A stretch of 64,000 nt of DNA from positions 3,224,001 to 3,288,000 of the forward strand of contig CM039001.1 of assembly GCA_017499595.2 (NCBI GenBank), given 5' to 3'. The first letter of the stretch is position 1, and the number at the start of each line of letters is the position of its first letter. Both the position numbers and the translations under genes were made by a program. Positions 23,894-40,168 of this stretch are shown in pieces. This stretch comes from Psilocybe cubensis (lineage: Eukaryota). The notes beneath the pieces are model-generated. The model did no database searches and was not told the DNA's origin. It saw only the letters and a program-made list of their open reading frames with translations.

Positions 23894-23900
23894 TATAAAA
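23894..23900 (+). promoter_or_regulatory. Probable TATA box of actin C
   Basis: TATAAAA about 160 bp upstream of ATG 24059, preceded by CCAAT (about 23849) and followed by a CT-rich leader. Confidence 0.5.
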
Positions 23901-24058
23901 CGGGCGGGATCGATGGGTGGGGGGGTTCCTGAGAATTGTCTCACCCTCCTCTCGTTGGCTATCACAACTCCCACACCCCTCTCACCTCTTCTCCCACCAG
24001 CCTCCTTTCAGCCCCCAAGCCCTTTTTTCTTTAGCTCTTTTCGCACTACTCTACAGCC

Positions 24059-25706
<1,648 letters not shown>

Positions 25707-27036
25707 GTGATTACGATGGTGATGATGATGATGATATCATGACATCTTGCAAAGATTTAATTAATGGAAACTGGGACCCGACATTGCGAAAGAAGCGTTT
25801 TGAGCGTTTTTGGACTTTTTTTTTACAATTTAGAAAGAAAAACAGAAATTTTGGCGGGTGGGCTGTCGAGCGCGTTGGTAGTTTCGGTTCCGTTCATTCA
25901 TTTCGTTCATTTCGTTTCGTTTCGTTGTTGTCGTGGGATCCCTATTTCGGCTCGAAATTATACAATTTTTTTTTGTTTCGTTTTATCCTCGGTCTCGGTC
26001 TCGCTCTTTTCTTTTCTCTTTTCTCTTTTCTCTGTTTTTTTTTTTGGAAGTTTCCGTAACCCGTTTCCGTCTCTTGAACCCTGAATGGGTAAGTACTTAA
26101 GTTGGCAAGTTGGCAAGTTGGCGGTGTGAATGGTTTGAGTGGGTTATTGCCTGAATGGTCGTCCTGGGAAGATTTTTTTTTGTCCAATGTTGTCAATGTG
26201 TCATTTTGCGAAGCGGATTCGGATGCGGGAATTTTTTTTGTTTTTTTTTTTTTTTTTGGAGTTGTGGGTCCATGTGTCTCTCCCGTGCGCTGCGCTGCAT
26301 ACATGGGTGATATAATAATATGTGAGACTTTTAAGCTTTTTAGTGAGTACGTATGAATGCTGTACATAGTTTTCTGTTGGACTCTGGAGGAAAGGGTATT
26401 AATTTATTGAAGAAGGCTCAGGAGGCCTGTGCCAGGCCCCCTGAGTCATGGTTGGACTTGGACGACTTGGATTCGGAAGTAAGCAACGGGAGCAGCCTGA
26501 GCAGCCTGAGCAGGGCAGAGGGCCGGGAAAGGAAATTATTACCTGGAAATTCGTGTCAGCGTCACGTACTTGGTTACATTGAAGTTTTGAATAACCGTTT
26601 AAGCGTTTATTAATTTTTTGTTTGTTTGTTTGTTTACACATGTTGGTCGGGTTGATGTTGTTACGCCCATTTTCTCTCTTTTTTTTCTTCTTTTTTTCAA
26701 AAAAAATATTGCAGTGGGGTGGAGTGTGGTAACACTGCAATTTGCGAGGATTAGAGCGCGTTTTTAGTGTTTGACTCCACGATTTTCTAATTTTTATTTA
26801 CTTATGTACATGTACCCAGACTTTAATTTACCCCTGTTGTGATGTGATGTGACACCGACGCTGACGGTTGACGACCCCTGTCGACGCACGCAACGCACGC
26901 AACCCCTGTGTTTTCTTTTTTTTTTTTACTCTCGAACTTTTTTTTCGGCGGGCAGGTTGTACTCTCGCTTGCGCTCTCTTACACTCGCTCTTATACTCGC
27001 ATTCTTATTAACTGAACTTACCTTGAACGCGAAGCC

Positions 27037-28856
<1,820 letters not shown>

Positions 28857-30101
28857 GCGAAACGAAAAAATCGATATTCGAATTCGACTCGAACTCGGAG
28901 TCGAACTCGAAGATATCACATTAATACCCCATCACCCCATCATTGATTAAACTAAACGTAAAGGTCATTTGGACCTTTCATTTCTCCATCTTCATATTCC
29001 GAGGCGAGATGAAAGATGAAATGAAATCGATCGAGATCAAGAAATTCAAGGTGTCAATGAATTAATTAATTAATGAAGTATTCACTTGCACGCACATACA
29101 CGCAGATGCATGTTATGCGCAGTTAAACTTGGAGTAATAACATATACTGTGGTGTCTATTTATACTTAGGGTTTATGTATATGCAGTGCAGTGTGCAGGA
29201 TGCAATGTGATTCAGAATCTCAGGCACCTCCTCACCGGAACCGCGCGCGTGTCTGGCGGACGAGGAGGGGCATGTTGTGGGCGTGCGTGGGCAGGACGCG
29301 TCGGGAAAATGGCGTGGTAAATATATGAACGCACCAACCTTGTGCATGAGGTCTGGCTTGTAATTTGCAGCTTGTCCGCTCTCTGGCTCATAGTACCTGT
29401 ATCTGTACTTGAAAAAGTGGATAGCTTCGTCTGCGCACGCCATGCACTCGGACTTGCAGTGGTGATGTGTAAGGCAAGTGCCAGGACATCGTGCTACCGG
29501 GCGCCTAATCACAGTAGTTGGCCAGCAATCTTTCAAATTTCAGTCTTTCCTTACCATTATACTACTCTGTATCCAACGGGAGCATTGGTATCAATAATAC
29601 AGAAAGCTTTCAGTGCTCAGTGGCTACTAATGTAATTGACGCGATTAATCAGCACTGTTAATATTACTTTACTTATTCAAAAAACAAACACCAGCCAGCG
29701 GGAATGAGACCTTCGTTGAGGGAGTTGTAATTAGCTGATCAAGGTAATATTTAAAATTTAGATTTACGGTTTGTATGCAATTCCGAGTCTTTTTATAAAG
29801 GAAAGAAAGGGATCATGATCAGATTGGAGTAGTAGTATACGAACTTCATTGATTGAATTATGATAGTCAGTAACTGAGATCGACTTGAAGTACAGATTCA
29901 GATATACCGTGACAGTTTGTAAGCGGTTTGTTTCTATAATACGAGAGAAAGGGGTGTTGAGGTAGTACAGGTAACTATTTGTGCTTTCATACTAATACAT
30001 AATTTACAGTGCAGTGCAGTGCAGTGTGATTTGATTCGATTCGATTTGACCACGACGGTAGGGATCCAGGGACCAAAACCAGGATTTGTCAAAGGATTTC
30101 T

Positions 30102-30809
30102 TCAATCAGCCCGAATAAGGCCCATGATTCGTTTACGACGCGCTACATCCGCATAGTGGGGTGTCGCAGCACTAGCACTGACATAACTCGCATCATCATC
30201 ATTATACACCAACCGTGGAAGAGAAGGAGGAGGAGGAGGAGGAGACGAATCAGCGCGGGAGTCCTGCATTGCCGGACCCCTCGAAAACATCCGACGGGGC
30301 CACTCATAAATCCTCCGCTCCATATCGCTATGAAGCGCCGCCAGCGCACGGCGATGCTGCGCTCGCGCGGCGTCCCTTTCCTTGCCCGCCGGGATACCCC
30401 TCAGCGCGAGGTATTCGCTGAGCCGATCGATGTATTTGGCAAGTATGAGCATGGGTACGGTTGTGAGGTAGCAGAGGGAGATAAGGGTGATGAGGGTGGA
30501 AAGGGGGAAGGGTAGGGGGAGGGGAAACTGAAAGAGGAGGGCGGCGGTGAGTTGGAAGAAGAAGGGGTGTTGGATGTAGCGAGGTATGCTTTGGAGAAGG
30601 TTTTTGAGGTTACCTGCGCGTGAGGGCTCGGGCTTGGGTGGAGAAGAGTCCGACTCCGACTCCGACTTTGACTCTGAGTACGAGTATGCGACGAGTATGA
30701 GCATAGGTGAGGGCAAGTATGAGTATTGTGAGCGTTGTGAGCGGCGTGAGCGTGTGCGTGGGTGTAAATGTGAGCGTGTGGCGAGTGGGAGGTTTGCCGC
30801 GTTGGGCAT
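30102..30809 (-). CDS. Hypothetical low-complexity protein with a hydrophobic segment
   Basis: 235-aa ORF with no recognised domain. It contains microsatellite-derived tracts and one probable TM region. Confidence 0.4.
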   Translation of the reverse strand: MPNAANLPLATRSHLHPRTRSRRSQRSQYSYLPSPMLILVAYSYSESKSESESDSSPPKPEPSRAGNLKNLLQSIPRYIQHPFFFQLTAALLFQFPLPLPFPLSTLITLISLCYLTTVPMLILAKYIDRLSEYLALRGIPAGKERDAARAQHRRALAALHSDMERRIYEWPRRMFSRGPAMQDSRADSSPPPPPPSLPRLVYNDDDASYVSASAATPHYADVARRKRIMGLIRAD

Positions 30810-30957
30810 GCTGGCTAGGACTGCTGAAGCTGAATGTTAAAATTGGATGAGGAGCAAGTTCCTCGTATCGAGAGGAGGACGATTTGTTTATTATTATAAA
30901 GGGAACAGACTCAAAGGGATCAGCGGGATCTGAATAGAGATCGATGTGAATAGATAA

Positions 30958-31045
30958 AAGTCCCTTTTATCCCTTTGATCCCTTTTATCACCCTTTTATC
31001 CTTTGAACCCTTTGAACCCTTTTATCCCTTTGAGCCCTTTGAGCT
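30958..31045. repeat. Degenerate tandem repeat of about 9 bp (CCCTTTGAT/CCCTTTTAT)
   Basis: About eight imperfect units, with reverse-complement AAAGGGA units just upstream. Confidence 0.7.
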
Positions 31046-32094
31046 CATTGTTCCCTTTATAACATCGTAATAAAGCCTCTTCTCGATATACGAGGCTGGA
31101 TGAGGAGGGACGATCGCTTGATCTACTTGTAGAACAAAGAACAAGGAGTGTGAGAATAGTAATTTCTGGGCATATACATGGCATGCACTTGGAGTTGGAG
31201 TTGGACTTGGACTTGGTGCTGAGTAAGAGTGAGAATGTTGGCAAGTCAATTGGGGCGCCATCCAACCCTAACAAGTGTTAGAAGTTAGAAAACAACTGTG
31301 CTACAACTGTGCACACTTCACACTTGGATATCTTGAATATGCGTTGAATAATTTTATGAACGTGAAATTGATACTACTGTGTGGTCGTGAGCTAATAATA
31401 TTTAGTAGAAATGCTAGTGGACGAGTCACACAAGATTTGATCGCCACGCCGACGGCGTTTCATCCAAAAGAAAATGATTCAAACGCGGCTGGCACGGGCG
31501 CCTAATTACATCACTTCGACCTTCAATCTTTCCATACCATTCATATCTGTTATATCGGACTGAAGTTATGTTTCGCCTTCAATGAAGTAAGATTATGATG
31601 ATAATCGAATATCCCAGCATCTCCAAGATAAATTCCACTTATACGGGAATAAAGATGAGATAGGCATCCGGTTGATGTCCATGGGGTGTCTTTGGTGCTG
31701 TGTCGGAAGTGAAATAGCATTTTAAATGAGAACTGTGTGTCCATTACTTGAATTTAATCTCCGCTCAAAGCATTCTGCCGATTGATCGCCGGATGATTAG
31801 TTATCTCAAATTTTTCGGCAGAACCATTGCCATATACTTAAAACAAGTATCTCAGAGAAGTAATTTTAAACGTGATATATAAGGCATGAACAATATATAG
31901 TGTTTTTAGCTTTGCTGATTTTATATTTGAAACCATAAAAGCAGTTTTTCGGGTCGGAGTCTGCTTCGGCTATGTCCAGCGCAAGTGACGTGACCTGTGA
32001 TCAAGATCACGCTGCACGCAGTTGGTTGTCACCCTATTTATACCTTCTTGAACATTTTCATCTTGCACTTTCACTGTCTCCTCGGTCTTCCCTT

Positions 32095-33052
32095 ATGGCT
32101 ACAAAACCAGGAGATTCCAATGATTCTAAGTTGTGTGTATACTACTTACGTTCAAGAAAAACATCAATTAATAGCCTTCTCAAGAGGCTCACTCAATTTC
32201 CAGGTGCCTTGGTTCCCCGTTCGCGAGCTTACAGGTTTCAAGCTTTTCAGATTCGAGCTTGGTCAGCGCCTCAGCTGGTCTCTGCCCACCTGGCGCATTA
32301 TAAACTTTATCACCAACAAAATCAACAACAACAGCAAGAAATTCATCAAGTGCGGACCGCACGTGCGCGTGCAAGAAGCGCTCACGATGGAATTTATCGC
32401 GCGGACAACAACGATCCCCGTCCCGCGCGTCCTCGACGTGTTCAGTATCAAGGAAAACGTGTATATTGTCCAAGAGCGGATAAAAGGCCCGATTCTTGAG
32501 GATGTATGGTACCTTCTCTCACCAGATGAACAGCGGAGCTGTATGCTGCAGATCAAAGACTGCTTTGATCAACTGCGCTCGCTCACACCCGCGGCAGGCT
32601 CGGATTCAGAGCGCGTACAAGCTGTCGACGGGTCAGGTCTGATTGACTCCCGTGTTGGACAGGGTGTATGGGGGCCATTCGAAAACCACGATGAATTTCA
32701 TCGGCATCTCAACCACCCCATCCTCCGCGAGTTGCATGAGAGGTATCCCGCCCTCCAAGAGCCGCTAGCCAAAGTCGCTGGTAAGAAGTACCGGAGTGTC
32801 TTTTCGCATGGTGATTTTGGGCCGCATAATCTTATATGGGTGGACGGGAAGGGGAAGGGGAAAGGGAAAGGGAAGATTGTGGTTATCGATTGGGAGAGGG
32901 CGGGGTGGTTCCCGGAGTATTGGGATTATACGAGGGTGTATGCTGCGCGTTGGTATATGAAAGAGTGGTGTGATCTGTTTAGTGCGGTGGTGGATCGCTA
33001 CGATGACGAGTTGGAAGTCCAGGACAGAATTGATGAATACTTTGAAAGATAA
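32095..33052 (+). CDS. Aminoglycoside phosphotransferase/choline-kinase-like (APH) protein kinase-like enzyme
   Basis: EALTMEFIARTTTIPVPRV, catalytic HGDFGPHN, IDWERAGWFPEYWDY. The start is uncertain (probable short first exon at ATG 32095 and an intron ending at 32174). Confidence 0.88.
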
Positions 33053-33407
33053 AAATGTGTATATAATATATATCAAGTGCGTTTTTCATTACCCATTACA
33101 TAAATAATTTTTCAACTGGAAAGGTTACCGATTATACGTAGATGAAATAGAGAACTCTTTTTCATTGGCATGCGGACCCTTCACGACAAACTGTCAGGTA
33201 TCCCCAATTACAATGGCAAAAATGTGTGCCATTTGTTCCGTACATTACGGATCCCCACTCAAATTTAAATACGAATACATGCAACAAACCTTTGACATTC
33301 GCTTTATGATTTGGAACCTAGCCATCACTGAAGAAGCAAGACAAACCAGATTGTATATTTCAATATCAGTCTAACTAAAATTTGGAGTAGCTTTTACTCA
33401 GGTCAAC

Positions 33408-34042
33408 TTATGCAGAATACAAGGGCCAAATTTCGCTAGAGATTTCTTTCCCGGATGTATCGCATGTAAACAGCCACTCAGTACGAACCGGATATCCGTT
33501 TACTGTGGCCGTTTTACCTTCGATAAATTCACGACCTGTGTTCCAAAGCTCATGAACGGAAGTGGGGAGTGCTGGTATGACATTCGCTGCCGCCAGGTCC
33601 TTCAAGGAAAACAATAATAGGTTAGCTTGAGTTGGTCAAATGAATCTAAACATGACCATTTACTCGCCTCTATAGCTTGCAAGGCCCAGTGCCTGCAACG
33701 CCATTTCAGCTTGTTTGCCTCTTCTTAAGTTGGAACATAGATCTTGCCAAGTATTTCCTCAATACTTTCAACCGTACAGGATGGCGGGACTTTGCCAAGA
33801 AGCATAGCGCCAGCAAGCATATTGGTTCTGGGTTCAGACCGAAGGATCTCAAACTTCCAAACCTCAGTCTTCGTAGTTGGATCAACTACATTGACCGCAT
33901 GGTACCTCCTGGCACTTTGCACAGTATTATTCCCGGGTTTCTTGGGCACCAGCAAGAGGCCAATGTGATACTTCCCAGGATTTGCACCTGATTATTTCCT
34001 CCTCCAGTAGCCTAAATACAATCTGAGTTTATTCCCGGTCAT
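33408..34042 (-). pseudogene. DUF6914-like fungal protein gene with two in-frame stops
   Basis: MTGNKLRLYLGY..*..KYHIGLLLVPK...RYHAVN...WKFE...VPT*...WRCRHWAL. TAA at 33992-33994 and 33725-33727. A probable GC-AG intron precedes the last exon. Confidence 0.7.
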
Positions 34043-34783
34043 TTCTGTTCAAGTCGAAGATGAGTTCTTTTGCCTCTAGAGAAGAGAATCGACAGCATCT
34101 CACAGTTAATATTCAAGGGAGTCCGAATGGGGTGGGTAGAATTTTTCAGTCCAATGTGAGATGACGGTGCAGTGTGAAGGTAGAATAAGGCGAACAGGTA
34201 CGCTTTAAATATCTCTGCGAGTGTGCGTGTGTATGTGTGTGTGGCTTGTGTGTAAGCGCGATATATGGAGTAAGGCACCGTACACACAACGAAAGAAGAT
34301 GATAAGGTGGGTAAATACTATGGTAGATCATGATTGCTTCCAATCCTCCAGCAGGCCGCCGTAGTTGTGAGTCACATTTGACTTAATTTACTGGCCTCTA
34401 TTATACCTGCTTCTTACTCGCGTGTATAGTAAGGCAGGCCTATTAATCACATACTGAGTCATCATACAAAGGATCAGACATGGACACGGCGAGTCTTAAA
34501 TACAGTATTTCCTAGCGCTGAAGTCTAATCCAATAAAACAATGACTAGTGGCCATAAGAACTATTCAAGACTTTCTCTGCTACTGCGGGCAGTTTGAAGG
34601 GAATAAGGTGTTTACACTCTTTGGACTCGGGTACGAAAGGGCCATTGCATGGTGTATCCCGTGCCTGTGCCACTGGTTGGGAGATGGCATGCTTATGACT
34701 CTTACGATGTGGGAAATCCCCTGGTATTTTCACATTTTATGCTCCAAGGGTAGTCCTCGTATCCAGTGGCACCGGGAAACACT

Positions 34784-37700
34784 TTAGCCTGGGTGCTGCA
34801 CCTTCCTCTCACTCTCACTCTCACACCCACACTTCCACTCCAACCCACCCCTCCCGGCCACATGCACACTAGGATGCATCGCCTTCCGCACATCCTCTCT
34901 CACCCCCACCCCGACCCTTACCTTCCCACTCCCACTCGCAACCCCGTCCACACCCCCATCATCAGGTGGAACAAGCGCCGGATGAGGCGGCCGCACAGGC
35001 GGCTGCCCATTCAAGTTACCAGCAAAGGTGCCTACGAAGCGCGAGAGCCGTTTGCTTATACCCACGCCTGTCGAAGAGGAAGAGAAAGAGGCGGATGAGG
35101 AAAAGGAGGCGAATGAAGAGAAAGAGGAAGAGGAAGAAGACCCGCAGAGCGTGTACTCGATCCTGAACCGCTCACGCCACGCTTTACACGTCTCCTCAAA
35201 CGCCAACACCATCTTTCCCCCGATTCCGTGTCCCCTTTCTATTTTATTGCCGTCGCTGCTTAACAGCGTCAGCAGTGGTTGAACTTGGAGGGAAAGGTGA
35301 GAGAACACCACTGACTGGTCATGATCAACGAACAGCTCCACCAGAGTTTTACAGTCCCCAGCATACTTCTCCGGAGTAAGCTGATGCGTATGCCACACCA
35401 AATCAATATCCAGCGTCGGAATGAACGATGATGACGACGACGATGTAGGCGACAAAGCCGTCAAATCCAAAAACCTACAGAAACAAAAACAATTGGAATG
35501 AAAACCTCAGTTACCTGCGAGTGAACTGAATGATGTGATGAAGGAAGGTACGTACGCGTGGTATCGCGCGATAGCATACCGTAACACGCGCTCGTTCCGC
35601 GGACTATCAAAGTACCCGGGCACCGTCCATCCTAGATCGTGTATCTTCTTTACAAATGCATCTTGTCGAAGAACCTTGATAGATAAATAAGTTATAAAAA
35701 AGTGAGCCTCCTAAAAATGAAGCTTTGAAGCTTTGAAGACTTGAATTTCCAAGCGACGTACCGCAGCGACAAGATCGACAGAGTAGATTTTATCATCCAC
35801 ATACGCGCTCATAATCCTGTCCACCCTATACAAAAACAACAAACAAACAAACACCACTCATCAGCACACACACACACACCCAAAATCCCAATCAAAGTTC
35901 ATCCAACAATCAACAAAAAAAAACAGAAAAAACGAAAAAAAAGAAAAAGAAAAAAAAAAAACACTCACACATCAACCTCCCCACACTCCCCAACCATCAT
36001 CTCCCTCAACCGCCCCATCGAATATGAACAATAGCGCATCACAGCGCTCGACATTTCGCGTTCGTACTCTGGGGTGCCGTACGTGTACGTGGGGGCGGGC
36101 GTCGCTTGCTTTGCACTGCTCGAGAAAGAACTTGAGGAGAAGAACACCTTGGACTTGGCTTTATCGCATAGCAGCCGTTTAATCTTGTTCCCCGCCTCCG
36201 TGTCGGATGTGGATTGTGTGAGGAGTGTCCCTCTATGCACGAAAAATAAAGGTTGTAATTAGTGTTTTTTCTTTGCTTTTTCCAATAAAATAAAACGGAA
36301 AAAAGGAAGGAAGGAAGGAAGACAAGGAAGACGAGAAAAAAAAGGAAGACAAGGAAGACAAGGAAGACAAGGAAGACAAGGAAAAAGGGAAAAGGGAAAA
36401 GGGAAAAAAGAGATCCCAAACACGCACGCTAAATGCGAGCTCCGCTCGACATACGTCGGATACGCGCGCGCTGCGATATCATTTGCGAGCTTGCGGAGTG
36501 CGAGCTGTTCTTTGTTGATTGTTACACCCGTAGCCACTTCCTTCCCCTTACCTACACACACTTCCTTACCCACCGCCGTACCCGCGTTGACACCCACACC
36601 CGCGTCTGTCTTTGCGCTGGCGTTTGTGCTGGTGTTTGTGCTGGTGCTGGTGCTGGTGTTCGCGCTGGTGTTGGTGTTGGTGTTGGTGCCGGTGACCGCG
36701 ATCGAATCGCACCCATCAGGCGCACGCGGACACGTAGTGAAAAAGTTGGACTGGAAGTATCCCGTCCCTTTATCATTCACGAATTCTGGGATAATCACAA
36801 GTATAAGCATAAGCATAATCATAATCAGCATAATCGTAGATATAACGATAATCAAGCAGAAATAACTTGAAGAAAAGAAAAAAAAAAGAGAAGACGCACC
36901 GACCCAGATATCGCATCCGCACCGCGGACACGGGACGTTCTTGCCTTTCCCATTCATCCCATTCCTCTTTCCCTTTTCCTCCTTCTTCTTCTCCTTCTCC
37001 TTCTCCACCCCCTTCTCTATCGCTTCCTTCTCACCTACCTCCTTACCAAACTCCATCCCCATTCCCTCCTTCACCTCCTTCATCTTCTCCCCTTTACCAA
37101 ACTCCTTCCCCTCCTTCACCCCAACCCCCAACTCTGATCCCGACCCCACTCCCACCCCAACCCCCAATTCTGATCCCACACACATCCCCCCACATTCGAA
37201 AAACACAAACGGATCAAACTCCACACCCGTACGTGCGCACCATCGTTCTTCGCGGAGCTTTGACTGTCGGGGCCGGGCTCGTGTTCGTGTTCGGGGTCGC
37301 GGTCGGGGTCGTGGGGGAGGTTGCTTATCGTATCGCTTCTCCCCAGCTTCCTCTTCCTCTTCCTCGTCCTTGTAGTTGTAGTTGTAGTTGGACTTGGAGT
37401 CGGGATTGAACTTGGCGTCGGAGTCGTCCTTGTAGTTCCAGTCGTCCTTGTTCCCATGATCGTCCTCGTCCTCGCTGTTGTAATCGTGGTTGTAGTTGTA
37501 TTTGTCATTAGAGTGAATCTCAAACTCATAATCGTACTCCAAATCAGACCGAACAAGATCCACCACCCCAGTATCACACAGCATCTCAGCAAACTTTGAC
37601 TCGCAAAGTTTGAGAATTTGACAGGTGCGGATGCGTGTGGTGTCTTCTGCGTACCATCTGCGGAAAGAGGGGAGTGAGAAGAGAAGGGGGTAAAGGCAAG

Positions 37701-39016
37701 GCAATGGGAGGAGGAAAAAGGCAAAGGGAATGGGAATGGGAAAAAGGGAATAGAAATGGGAATGGGAGAGGAGAGTTTTGTTAGGTGAAATTAGGATCAA
37801 CAGAATGAAGAAGGAAATAATCGAAGCAGTCGATAACAGCAACAGCAACAGCAACAGAATACAGAATAACAACAACAACAAGACACATACCGCGGATTAA
37901 GCATATACGCATGCCACACCTATTCATTCATTCATTCATTCATTCATCCATCCCATCGCCTCACTCAACTTTACTTCAATCAAATTAATTTACTCACCAT
38001 AAGTACATCCACAGGCGGCAAAAAGACGTCAATAGGCGTATGCACGTCCCCTGGCTCGAGTGTGCGGCACCATATATCGAATCTGTGTGGTCATGATCGA
38101 AATCGTAGTTGTTAGTATATTCAATTTAGAGAGGGAGAAACAGGAGAAGAAAGAGAGAGAAACTAGAGAGGAAAGAGGAAGAGAAAGGGGAAAGAAGGTA
38201 GAGAGAAAAGGAGGGAAGGGAGGGAGAGAGGAAAGATGAGAGCACACAACACACACATACGCACCGTTCAACAGCCAACGCAACGAACATCCTCCACCTC
38301 TGCTCCCCCTCCTCCTCCTCTTTTTGCTTCTGCTTCCCTTTGCCCTTTGCCTTCCCCTTCTCTTTTTCTTTCCCCTTCCCTTTCTCTTTCTCTTTCCCCT
38401 TTCCCTTTTCCTTCCCCTTCTCTTTCCCCGTACCTACCTCCCCCAACCCAATCCCCCCCATCTCCAAACCCCTCACCCCCTCCACCCACATCAACCCCTC
38501 CCCCCTCCCCAATCCTAATCGAACCCGCCTCCTCACCCCCCCAAACACCCCCAAAAGTGCTAAATACCCTTTCACCTCCCTAGTGCTGACGAGAGGCGCG
38601 GTGAGCTTCGTGTGGCCTATTGGGAGGATTTGGTGGATTGGGATATCGGCGTTGACACTTGGTTTTTCCAGATTTGGGGTGAATGAGGAGGGGGAGCGGG
38701 AGGGGAAGGATGGTGAGGTGCGGGAGGGGAAGGGTGAGGAGGAGCGGGGGGATAGTGAAGATGTGGGGAGTGTACTGTGCGGTGTGAGCGCAGACACAGA
38801 TGTAGATGTAGAGCTGCTATAGCTCGGCGGCGGCACATCCAACTCATCCAACGTACCCAACGCATCTACACTCGCATTCCCATTCGCATCAATGTCGCTG
38901 TCGAAGTCAATGTCAATACGGGGTAGAGTGCGTCGTAAACTCGGAGTGTCTCTGGGTGTAGAGTTACAGTTAGAGTCAGATACGCGGGTGTATGCTGGTG
39001 GGGGGGCGTCTGTCAT
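34784..39016 (-). CDS. Glycine-rich-domain-containing-like protein (GRDP/DUF1399 family), copy 1, microsatellite-expanded
   Basis: Exons encode FVALAVER|FDIWC...PPVDVLM|VWHAYMLNP|WYAED, CPRC, GTGYFQSNF, DLVAA|VLRQ, ARYH and IPTLDIDLVWHTHQL. The 3' end is uncertain. Confidence 0.8.
36298..36410. repeat. Intronic polypurine tandem repeats (GGAAGACAA)n and (GGGAAAA)n
   Basis: Directly visible tandem units within an intron of GRDP copy 1. Confidence 0.8.
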
Positions 39017-39970
39017 TGGAATTTGAGCTTGAACTTGAATGATGATATAGTATCTCGTCGTTCAACGTCGGATTTCAAGTTAGATACAATATGAATCTGA
39101 TGACCAGTGAGTGGTGTAGAATGTAGTGCAGGCAAGCTTCAAGGGTAGACTGAGAGTGTAAAGGAGACAATTAATTGGAAGTGATAAGAAGACCAGAACA
39201 CCAGAGCAGAGTCCGGTTCTTGAGGATATATTTCTAATCCGTAATCTCAGGCTGGCTGGAAGGGGTAAAGCGAAAAGGCAAAGACAAGACAAGACAAGAC
39301 AAGACAAATACGCTTTAAGCTTTACCTGGACCGTATGTAAGGCACCAAAGTTCAAAACGTCCATTGTCCAAGCAAGCCCAAGGTCGATGATGGATGATGA
39401 CGATGACGCGTAGCACCAAGTACCCGGCAACATGATGAATCGATGAAGCCCCAGACCCGCACTTACTCAGTACTCAGCGCTCAGCACTAGCACCGAGTCC
39501 GTGCCCAGAAGTACAGCAGAAACCAAGCGCTGAGGCTGAGGCTGTACACATTCTCAAACCCAAGTCCACCAAGTCCAAGTTCAAGTGTACGAGTCTACAA
39601 GTCCGAGTCTGTAAGCCAGAGAGAGCAGACTCAGACTCAGACCCCAAGCAAAAAAGAGTCGAGAACTCAGCCTCGTGGGTTCAACGCGGTCGTGGTAATA
39701 GTCTTAGTTTAACATCATTCAGCGTCGGAATGCGCGGAATGAACGCTGCAGATCCAATTCTCACGCCCCTGACTGTATTCTCTTCCCCACCGTCGAGTCT
39801 CCCTCCCCTTTCACCCACTATACACACGCACTCTCAAATCCTTCCGGTGACTCGGGCAACGCGCGGCAATTCTGGGCGCTGCCGCCTGCGGAGGGAGTGG
39901 GCGCTTGCGATTGCATCTGCGTTTGCATCGTCAGGAGAGGACTTCGTTTCGCGCGGGGTTGGAGAGGTGG

Positions 39971-40168
39971 GCCTTCTCAAGAGGCTCACACAATTTCCAG
40001 GTGCCTTGGTATCCCATTCGCGAGCTTACAGGTTTCGAGCTTTTCAGATTCGAGCTTTGTCAGCGCCTCAGCGCGTCTCTACCCTCCTGGCGCATTCTAA
40101 ACTTTATCAACAACAGCAAAAAATTCATTAAATGCGGACAATACGTACGCGTGAAAGAAGCGCTCACA
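39971..40168 (+). pseudogene. Truncated duplicate of the APH gene 5' region
   Basis: Clear nucleotide similarity to 32174-32388 (FSRGSHNFQVPWYPIRELTGFELFRFEL...EALT). It ends before the catalytic motifs. Confidence 0.88.

Noticed and set aside
29156-29635. ORFs downstream of actin D
   Set aside because: No recognisable homology and non-ATG starts.
36259-37881. 540-aa ORF as a standalone gene
   Set aside because: It is two exons of GRDP copy 1 read through stop-free low-complexity introns.
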